Source: Octopus sinensis (taxonomy: Eukaryota). Taken from it: 57,203 bases of DNA. Under the pieces are notes generated by a model that did not search any database, had not been told where the DNA came from, and worked only from the letters and a program-made list of their open reading frames with translations. Location: assembly GCF_006345805.1 (NCBI RefSeq), contig NW_021833640.1, positions 1 to 57,203 of the forward strand, in the 5' to 3' direction. The translations under genes and the position numbers were made by a program. This document shows positions 47,096 through 57,203 of the stretch, piece after piece; position 1 is the first letter of the stretch; each line of letters opens with the position of its first letter.

Positions 47096-47879
47096 TAAAG
47101 CTATTAAAAATTTTAAAATAACAAAATAAAAAACAGAACAAGATGGCCGAAAGCAGTGATTGCAGTGATGTCGGATAAAAATGTATTTCGTTATGCTCTG
47201 AAGTGTTCTGCGTTCAAATCCTGCTGACTTTCTCTTTGTTTTCCAGTATCAATTTAAAACAAAATTATCAGCGCCATTTCTAGGAGAGGTAGGTTAAATT
47301 GTCTTCTTCTGGAAGATCACTGTCCCCGTGCCAGACTTAACGATCAAAATCATTATTGTTGTTTTTTGTTATTGAGGCTATGTCGATGGTTTTGTTTTTC
47401 ATTTACTTCTGTGTAAAGCATTTACGCTATTGCACTCCTATTTCCATTTTGTGTTTCCTTTTATCTTTTTTTTTTTTTGTCGTTTTGTTTATTAAACTTT
47501 TCCTTGATACTCTTCCTTTATTGAAGTCGTCACGCATTTTGAGGAACTCAAAGCGCCAAAGAATTGTAATACATGTTCATAAAACTCGTTCCAACATTCG
47601 TACGCGTCTGTCTTCTTACACAAAACACGCGAGCGATGCAATACACAGACATACAAAACACGCAACACAACAAAACACAACAACTGAAGTAGCAACAAAT
47701 TATGCACATACTCAGACTACATACAAACACAAGTGCTTTCGTACACACACACACACAAGCTGTACATATGCATATTCACATTACAATATCAGACATGTAC
47801 AAAGGCATATTATGAACGCAACATATACAATGCAAACAGACGCACACACGTAAACACATTCACTTGTAATATAAGCAGC

Positions 47880-48600
47880 CGCATACATAAATACGTACAT
47901 ACATACATACATACATACATACATACATACATACATACACACATACAAACATACACACATACATACATACATGCATACATACATACGTACATACATACAT
48001 ACATACATACATGCATACACACATACATACATACATGCATACATACATACATACATACATACATACACACATACATACATACATACATGCATACATAAAT
48101 ACGTACATACATACATACATACATACATACATACGTACATACATACATACATAAATACATACATACATACATACATACACACACACATACATACCTACCA
48201 TACATACACACACACATACTAATACATACATACACATACATAACATACATACATACATACATACATGCATACACACATACATACATCATGCATACATACA
48301 TACATACATACATACATACACACAATACATACATACATACATGCATACATAAATACGTACATACATACTACCTACATACATACATACATACGTACATACA
48401 TACATACATACATACATACATACATACATACATCAACACCATACATCATACATACATCATACATACACACACATACATCATACATACATACATACATACA
48501 TACATACATACATACATGCATACACCATACATCATACATACAACATACATACATACATAACTAAATACATACATACATACATACATACATACATACACGG
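47880..48600. repeat. Long degenerate (TACA)n tract
   Basis: Direct inspection; source of the MYVC/HTYI ORFs. Confidence 0.95.
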
Positions 48601-48972
48601 TCCTGCACGCACATGATGCATACCGTGTAACCATTCGCACACGTACATACACACACACACATATACATTCAAGCACATATATCTAAAACCAGGGAGAGAC
48701 AGATTTATACGTGACGAAACAGTTATGCACACACATGGCGTATACAGTTCAAACATTCGTTAACATACACACTTAAGCATAGACATACAGACACACTCAC
48801 ACATGTACATACATGCGCAGAAAACCAATCCACACACAGGCAGAGACATGAAGAATTCTTCGTTAACATACACATATAAGCCTAGACATACACACACACG
48901 TGTGTATGTGTATATATATAATATATACATACATATATGTGTGTGTGTGTGTGTGTGTGTGGATAGATAAAT

Positions 48973-49042
<70 letters not shown>

Positions 49043-49045
<3 letters not shown>

Positions 49046-49590
49046 CGTTAGCACGACGGGCGAAATGCTTGGTGGTATTTCGTCTGCCGCTACGTTCTGA
49101 GTTAAAATTCCGGCGAGGTCGACTTTGCCTTTCATCCTTTCGGGGTGGATAAATTAAGTACCAGTTACGCACTGGCTCGATATAATCGACTTAATCCGTC
49201 TGTCTGTCCAGGTTTGTCCCCTCTGTGTTTAGCCCCTTGTGGGGTAGTAAAGAAATAGAAATAGGTATTTCTTCTAGCGTTACGTTCTGAGTTCAAATTC
49301 CGCCGAGGTCAACTTTGCCTTTCATCCTTTCGGGTTCGATAAAATAAGTACCAGTTGCCTACAGGGATGGATCTAATCGACTGACCCCCTGCCCCAAAAT
49401 TTCGAGCCTTGTGCTTAGAGTAGGAAAGGTTACGTTCTGAGCTCTAACTCCGTTGAGGTCGACTTTGCTTTTCATCCTTTCGGGGTCGATTAAATAAGTA
49501 CCAGTTACGCATTGGTGTCAATGTATTCAACTGAAAACTTTTGTCTATCCTTGTTTGTCCCCTCTATGTTTATCCCCTTGTGGGCAATAG
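49043..49590 (+). mobile_element. SINE family C trimer (tail1, tail2, tail1)
   Basis: Three gtcgactttgc.tttcatcctttcggg bodies in tandem. Confidence 0.85.
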
Positions 49591-49707
49591 AGAAATATAT
49601 ATATATACATATAAATTTATACACACACACACATATATACATAACATATGTGTGTGTATATGTATATATATACGCACAGACATATATATATATAAGTATA
49701 TAAATAC

Positions 49708-49759
<52 letters not shown>

Positions 49760-50059
49760 TTATATGAACACACGTGCACATTCAAGCACAGATGACTACA
49801 TATAGACAGACACGCAAGCACTCGTTAGCATACATATATAGAAGCACATGGATAAAACACGCGCGCGCGCATGCACTTAGATGCACAAACTAACCAGTCA
49901 CACAGGTGGAAACACGCTAGCATTCGTTAACCTACACGTATAAATATAAATACACACACACACATATATATACATTATATATATATATATACTTTATATA
50001 TATATATATATTATATATATATATATATAATATATATATATATATGTATATACACACAT

Positions 50060-50093
<34 letters not shown>

Positions 50094-50269
50094 AATGTAT
50101 ATAGATAGATAGATAGACAGATAGATAGATACATACATATATACATACATACATACATACACACGTACACAAACACTCACGTGCGCATACATGCACAGCC
50201 AGTCACACAGTCGGAAAACACGCTCGAATTCGTTAACATGCACGTATTAAATATAAATACACACACACT

Positions 50270-50328
<59 letters not shown>

Positions 50329-50460
50329 CACACATTTCATATATATATGTATATATACACATACGCACACATACACAAACACATACGTGCACATACATGC
50401 ACAGCCAACCAGCCACACATAGGAGGAAAAGCTCGGATTTGTTTACACATACATTATAAA

Positions 50461-50499
<39 letters not shown>

Positions 50500-50573
50500 C
50501 ACGTACAGGTACAAGCACAGACAAACAGTCACACACATAAGCAGTAGTAGCAGCAGCAGTAGCAGCAGCAACG

Positions 50574-50604
<31 letters not shown>

Positions 50605-51055
50605 GCTGATCAATAGGATAGATTTTTGAGCGTTGTCAGACTTTTGTCGTGAAGTACAAAAGAACGTTTATGATCCATATTACAGTTGCCAATGTGAACC
50701 AATGTTTCTAAGATGTTACACGCAAACATGAAGAAAGTACATTCGATCAGACTTGTTAGCAAATATATTCACTTCGAACATTATCATTATTTCATTGTAT
50801 TTTTATTGTATTTTATTTCATTTCATTCTATTTATTTATTGGCTTCAATTCGAGAAATGATAATATCGAATTTAGAAAAAAAAAAAAAAAAGAGACAGAA
50901 AGGATGAAAGAAAGAAAAACAAACGACAATTACAAATTCAGCCTGTCGTGGTTGATTTTTTTTTTCTTTGTTCACCTAAGGTTGACCTCTCATTGATCAA
51001 ACCTATTTCTGCAGGCGCTCCATCAATGGCCATCACATATATATTTTTTTCTTTA

Positions 51056-51475
51056 GGAGTGGCTGTGTGGTATGTAGCTTGCTTACCAACCACATGGTTC
51101 CGGGTTCAGTCCCACTGAATGGCACCTTGGGCAAGTGTCTTCTACTATAGCCTCGGGCCGACCAAAGCCTTGTGAGTGGATTTGGTAAACGGAAACTGAA
51201 AGAAGCCCGTCGTATATATGTATATATATATATATATGTATACATGTATGTGTGTATATATGTTTGTGCGTCTGTGTTTGTCCGCCCAACTTCGCTTGAT
51301 AACCGATGCTGGTGTGTTTACGTCCCCATAACTTAGCGGTTCGGCAAAAAGGGACCCGATAAAATAAGTACTAGGCTTACAAAGAATAAGTCCTGGGATC
51401 GATTTTCTCGACTAAAGGTGGTGCTCCAGCATGGTCACAGTCACATGACTGAAACTAGTAAAAGAGTAAAAGAGA
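51056..51475 (+). mobile_element. SINE family A, near full length
   Basis: ggagtggctgtgtggtatgtagc head, ggttccgggttcagtccc B-box-like, tail agtaaaagagtaaaa. Confidence 0.9.
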
Positions 51476-51621
51476 GTTATATCTATCTTGGACATCGTCC
51501 AATAATATGTCGTTCCTATTTTAAGATCATAGGCTTTTTTGAATGTCAGATCGAACTATCTACCTCGTTGGCAAGTTGTTGGTGCTGCCGTCGTTATAGC
51601 CATCTTCGTTAGTGATAATGG

Positions 51622-51644
51622 TTGTGATGATGATGATGATGATA

Positions 51645-51675
<31 letters not shown>

Positions 51676-52080
51676 CGATGACGATGATGACGATGATGAC
51701 GATGACGATGACGATGATGATGATGATGATGATGACGATGACGATGATGATGATGATAATGATGATGACGATGACGACGACGATGATGATGATGATGATG
51801 ATGATGACGATGATGATGACGACGACGACGATGATGATGACGACGACGACGACGATGATGATGATGATGATGATCGACGATGATGATGATGATGATGATG
51901 ATGATGCCGACGACGACGACGGTGATGATGATGGGGTGATGGTGGTTGTGATGGTAACGGTGGTGATGATGATGATGGCAGTGGTGATATTAGTGGTAAT
52001 ACGAGGAAACGTATTAATGATGGTCGTGATAGTGGCCGTTGCAGTGGACGTGTTGGTGGTGGTGGTGGTGGTGGTGGTTA
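51622..52080. repeat. (GAT/GAC)n then (GGT)n trinucleotide tract
   Basis: Direct inspection; source of the poly-D/M/I ORFs. Confidence 0.95.
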
Positions 52081-52338
52081 TGTTATAGTTGTACAACCGC
52101 TCAAGTCCTTTCGTTAAGCAGAAATACTCAAGCCATAAACACCCAATTAAGGGTTGTAAGTTTATGGAATAAAAAAAAAGGTACAGGTGTAGCTTTGTGG
52201 TTCGTAGTTTCTTGTTCAGTTCCACTGAGCAGCAACTTATACCAGTGTCTTCTACTAAAACCCTAGGTTAACTAAAGCCCGGGGAGCAGATTTGGTAGAA
52301 GGAAACTATACGGAAACTCGTCAGATACATGCTTGCAT

Positions 52339-52585
52339 GGGATCTCTTCCCTTTGAACGGCAGATCGAGAAATTAATTTTTTGTAACTAAACACTTTCAA
52401 ACTTCGGACACTGGTAGAACGTGTCATATAAAAGTTAATATTTTCAAAGTTATTTCGTGTTTAAGTAATCGTATTTCGGTAATTTCGACCAATCAATACC
52501 GTGTATTCAGCTAAATAAAATTATTGTCGTCGTTTGTCAACAACTATCGGCGGTGTATATCTGCCGTTCAAAGGGTAAAGATCCC
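52339..52585. mobile_element. MITE, 247 bp, 27-bp TIRs, AT target duplication (ISL2EU/PIF-Harbinger-like)
   Basis: at|gggatctcttccctttgaacggcagat ... atctgccgttcaaagggtaaagatccc|at; 25 of 27 TIR positions match. Confidence 0.75.
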
Positions 52586-52922
52586 ATGTATGTATGGGTA
52601 TATGTGTATGTATAGATAATATTTATGTCATTGTTCAGTTTTATTTCAAGATTTCTTGCCAATAGAGAAAGAGCTGTTTTCTGATCTATATCCAAACCGC
52701 CTTCATTGGAATTTCAGCATCAACAGCAGGGTATGTATGTATGTATGTATGTATGTATGTATGTATGTATGTATGTATGTATGTATGTATGTATTGTATG
52801 ATTGTATGTATGTATGTATGTATCTGTATGTATGTATGTATGTATGTATGTATGTATGTATGTATGTATGTATGTATGTATGTATGTATGTATGTATGTA
52901 TGTATCTTTGTATGTATGTATG

Positions 52923-53259
52923 CACGGGAATCCGGTACTTTTTAACCCCCGTTAAAAAATTGGGTTATCTCCCTCAACTAAAAAACTGTTTAGCCGTCAG
53001 TAAAACAAACAAATTTTTTTTTTTAAATTGAAGATCTTATTGAATCTAATAACATTTTTTATAACAAATCATGCCATGCCTATTGAGGGGGCCAAGTGTC
53101 AACAATGTGTTGAAGTAGTGAATTCAAAGGGTCTAACACTTTTAATCCAGTCTCTTGTCGCCACATAAACTCAATTTTTTAGTGGGGAGATAAACACATT
53201 TTTTAATGGCAATTTTTTAATGGGGGTGAGATTAAACAAAAAGTACCCAGGAATCCCTA
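52923..53259. mobile_element. Degenerate MITE with ~70-bp imperfect TIRs (hAT-like ends)
   Basis: gggaatccggtacttttt...cccccgttaaaaaattg...ttatctccc mirrored by gggagataa...caattttttaatggggg...aaaaagtacccaggaatccct; no TSD seen. Confidence 0.45.
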
Positions 53260-53670
53260 ACTTTACAGAAGTAATGCGTTCTTGAAAATCTGGCCGTAAT
53301 ACGAAATTTCATAATGCGAAATTAATTGTCCTATTGATTTTCATATTATCAGATAAGACTGCGATCCAACGGACTTTTTCGAAAAAGAAACGGTCCAGAA
53401 AACAAATGAGAAAAAGTAGTACAATCATCTTTATTCATGAAAATATTTCTAAACATACACGGTACAATTATAGACCCATAAAAACACAAAACATTTCAAG
53501 AAGAATACTTTAAGAAATTAAGAATCATATCATAACAGTACGTTCATACTACAAGAGATTTTGATTACTGTCAATTATTGGGGTCGGGGGATTGGGTGAG
53601 CATTATTCGGAGGATAAGGCACAATATTTACTATCTTATAGTTCCTTATCTCGAACATCAGTCGTTGTTT

Positions 53671-53701
<31 letters not shown>

Positions 53702-53744
53702 TTGGTTTCACCAATCATTTTTATGTGCTTCTTAAACTTTCAAT

Positions 53745-54170
53745 CACCAGTCACTAGTCAAAAAGTGTTTTTCATTAGAAATTTCATCTTCCCTTCTCTG
53801 CAAATCGTCATATAAATTTTTAGTTTTTTTTTAAATACCATCATGTTTTTCGGCACATTACGCTGAATTTGATCTTCGATCCATACACTCAAGTGTCGTT
53901 CTATTTTAAGCATTATATTAGATCTGTGGAACAAAGTCCGGACAATTATCGGAGTAGTTTCTTGAGCATTTGACGTTAATATATTAGGCATTTTCCATAA
54001 AGAATATGCTGGAAAACAAAATTTGGCCCAGGAATAATTTGTTTTGTGGGAGCAGAAAATTGTCTTTTCCCTTATTGATGCAATAATGGAAATGAAATGA
54101 AAAGGTGAGTGACCAAGGAAAGGAAAGCACCATATGATTGCAGTTAATTGAAGTTTCACCAGATTTTATA
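53745..54170 (-). pseudogene. Tigger/pogo transposase N-terminal (CENP-B HTH) relic
   Basis: MLKIERHLSVWIEDQIQRNVP resembles the Tigger1/TIGD1 motif MEKLLSVWIEDQxQxxxP. Confidence 0.7.
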
Positions 54171-54712
54171 GACAATTCACTCCTTGCGCTTCTGAATTAA
54201 GACATAAACACACACACACACATGCTGTTCATACTCAAACTGTCATACACACATACACTTATACACACACACACACTATTATGCAGAGATGCGTTGCCGT
54301 ACATGCTGATATCTGTTGAAGCCAGTTGGATTCAAAAGTTGGTCGGTTGATAATGGAGATGGTACGGGTTGCATTGGTTTGCTTAGTGACAGCAGACGGG
54401 TGATGATGGTGGTGTGGTGATCATATTGTACTTGCTAATTGCGTTGTTGTGGTTCTTTAGTCTCAAGTCAATCTTCATAGACCCAAGATCAAAGACATTT
54501 CGTTCAACTTTTAAAATAAATTAAGATATCACACTATGTTTTTTTTTTTTTTTGTTTTTTTTTACATTTGAAACGGATTTGCTTATCTACTTCATACAAT
54601 ATGTTAACGTTGCCGTCGGTGATTATGTTCGTGCTGGTGATAGAAAAACACCCACATACATACACGCTTACATGCATGCACATTCATATATATATATATA
54701 TATATATATATA

Positions 54713-55120
54713 CTCTTTTACTCTTTTACTTGTTTCAGTCATTTGACTGTGATCATGCTGGAGCACCGACTTTAGTCGAGCAAATCGATCCCAAGATTTA
54801 TTCTTTGTAAGCCTAGTACTTATTCTATCGGGTTCCTTTTGCCGATCCGCTAAATTACGGGGACGTAAACACAACAGCATCGGTTGTCAAGCGAAGTTGG
54901 TGGGGACAAACACAGATACACAAACATATACACACATACATATATACATATATATACATATATACGACGGGTTTCTTTCAGTTTCCGTCTACCAAATCCA
55001 CTCACAAGGCTTTGGTCGGCCCGAGGCTATAGTAGAAGACGCTTGCCCAAGGTGTCACGCAGTGGGACTGAACCCAGAACTATGTGGTTCGTAAGCAAGC
55101 TACTTACCACACAGCCACTC
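54713..55120 (-). mobile_element. SINE family A
   Basis: Matches 16374-16790. Confidence 0.9.
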
Positions 55121-55128
55121 ATATATAT

Positions 55129-55160
<32 letters not shown>

Positions 55161-55251
55161 ATATATTATATATATATATATACATATATACATATATATA
55201 TATATATATTCATTTGCCCCGTAGTATATATATATTATATAATATATAGAT

Positions 55252-55282
<31 letters not shown>

Positions 55283-55819
55283 CTATATTCACATTAGTAC
55301 ATTATATACACGTGTGTATAGGGTACATGTATGTAGTATCGTGATAATAGCTTTTAAAATCGTGAACTGTCTGCTTTGATCTTTGAGCTCAGAAGGAAGT
55401 GTAGTTTTAAATTGTTAACAACTTAAAACTATCTAACACGAGTTTCCGTAAGAGTGAAATTACAGACTGTATCCCGAAATTAATGACCATACTTTACAAT
55501 TTCCGTAAGCGTGAATTCTCCCAACCTGATGTAGCTGTTACGCAGGGGATCACTGCATATAGGTGGGATATACGTGTGTCTGCGTGCGTTTTTGTTCTTG
55601 TACTCGTTTCTCATCACTCGTTTACGTCCCTCGTGTGTAGCTGATCGATAGAATAAGGGCTAACGTTGAATGATAAGTATTACGGTCGTCTTTATCGACC
55701 AAACCCATAAGAGTATCCCAACCGGTTTCAGAGACTGAAACCAGTAAAAAGAACATAATTTGGCTAAGTTGATGCCTGCTAAACATTATTTATTGTTATT
55801 AATGTTGAAGATGAAGATA

Positions 55820-55891
<72 letters not shown>

Positions 55892-56032
55892 ACGAGGAAG
55901 ACTTTTCTCAATCTAGTCGACTACTATTTGGGGAATATTAGCGATCTTTGTTGTATGGTAACTCAGTGTTGTTTAATGAGAGTCTAACCATGACCATCAA
56001 AACATAATGAATCTCGTCTTATATCATTCAAA

Positions 56033-56405
56033 GGAGTGGCTGTGTGGTAAGTAGCTTTCTTATCAACCACATCGTACCGAGTTCAGTCCCACTGCGTGGC
56101 ACCTTGGGCAAGTGTCTTCTACTATAGCCTCAGGCCGACCAAAGCCTTGTGAATGGATTTAGTAGACAGAAACTGAAAGAAGCCCGTCGTATATACATAT
56201 GTGTGTTTGTGTGTGTGAGTGTGTGTATGTGTATTTGTGTGTGTATGTGTGCGTGTGTGTGTGTTTGTGTTCTGTGTTTGGCCCCCAATATCGCTTGACA
56301 ACCGTTGCTGGTGTGTTTACGCCTCCGTAACTTAGCAGTTCGGCAAAAAGAGACCGATAGAATATGTTCTGGGCTTACAAAGGCAGTGCCCCAACATGGC
56401 CGCAG
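56033..56405 (+). mobile_element. SINE family A
   Basis: ggagtggctgtgtggtaagtagc head. Confidence 0.85.
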
Positions 56406-56477
56406 TCAACCTTAACAAAACAATGTAAAGAGCACTGCTAACTCAGTAGAACATACCTACAACTCATTAGTCTATAC

Positions 56478-56545
56478 CAGCGTTTCTCTATCGGGGTTCC
56501 CCGGAACCCTAGGGTTCCGCAAAAGGTTCTTAGGGGTTCCACGAG
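56478..56545 (+). mobile_element. hAT/Charlie-like terminus fragment
   Basis: cagcgtttctctatcggggttccccggaaccctagggttccgc; a similar CAGTGTTTCTCAAAG end occurs at 26184. Confidence 0.45.
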
Positions 56546-56675
56546 AAGGAGTGAGATAAACTAATGGTAATTTCATGATCGTAATATTACTATACATGCA
56601 TAACATATTATTGGTTATTGTAATATTGCAATATAGACATCTTCCTATTATGTTATCAAAAAATATAACAAACCA

Positions 56676-56771
<96 letters not shown>

Positions 56772-56907
56772 CCCAAATATTAATTTACGAAGGTGTCATT
56801 AATTCTATTATTATCCAATGTAACTATTTTAAAAATGATAATAACAGATCAATGACACAGGCAATAGCGAAGCAGGCCAAAAAAAATAACATTAATAGCT
56901 GAGGGAT

Positions 56908-57039
56908 TAAAATTAATCAATGACATACTAAGTATGTCTACCTGCTTGAATAACAGTCAAAACCTCGATTTAATAAAAGAGTTTTGACTGTTATTTTCAA
57001 GCAGGTAGACATACTTAGTATGTCCTTTGATTAATTTTA
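56908..57039. repeat. Hairpin with 56-bp stem and ~17-nt loop
   Basis: 56908-56963 versus 56981-57039; one substitution and two small indels. Confidence 0.9.
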
Positions 57040-57108
57040 TATATATATCTATATAAAAGGCACTTATATATATATCTATAAATATATATATATAAGAATA
57101 TATATATA

Positions 57109-57203
57109 GGAGTGCTGTGTGGTAAGTAGCTTGCCTAACAACCACATGGTTCCGGGTTCAGTCCTACTACGTGGCATCTTGGGCAAGTGTCTTCTGCTAT
57201 AGC
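57109..57203 (+). mobile_element. SINE family A 5' part (cut by window end)
   Basis: ggagtgctgtgtggtaagtagcttgcc...ggttccgggttcagtcc. Confidence 0.85.

Noticed and set aside
55403-55430. 28-bp near-perfect palindrome agttttaaattgttaacaacttaaaact
   Set aside because: Short and very AT-rich; plausible by chance or local slippage in this genome.

Overview
AT-rich, microsatellite-dense animal genomic DNA. The SINE, Helitron, Dong/R4, RTE and Penelope repeat complement looks like an octopus (coleoid cephalopod) genome; this is inferred from recalled repeat families, not from a search. Most ORFs in the track are microsatellite artefacts. The best lead is a complete 1774-bp minus-strand retroelement (9775-11548) with an exact 13-bp target-site duplication. 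It encodes only a 468-aa ORF1/gag-like protein with one CCHC knuckle and has no RT or endonuclease. It ends in the same ~40-nt 3' tail as the abundant Nin-like SINE, and it sits inside the ORF1 of an older relative; a third decayed relative lies at ~45.7-46.7 kb. Also present: (1) two tandem composite Helitrons (2479-4841, 4973-6920) built from two different 5' ends plus captured DNA; (2) a 7SL (SRP) RNA-derived copy; (3) a stack of Dong/R4 LINE pieces in (TAA)n; (4) Penelope-type minimal hammerhead ribozyme motifs; (5) RTE, mariner, Tigger, Penelope and hAT relics; (6) three SINE families, including chimeras and multimers; (7) several MITEs and foldbacks; (8) one likely host exon (27366-27554) encoding a transmembrane helix followed by CCCWWCCCC, which the ORF track missed. 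Boundaries of degenerate repeats are approximate.
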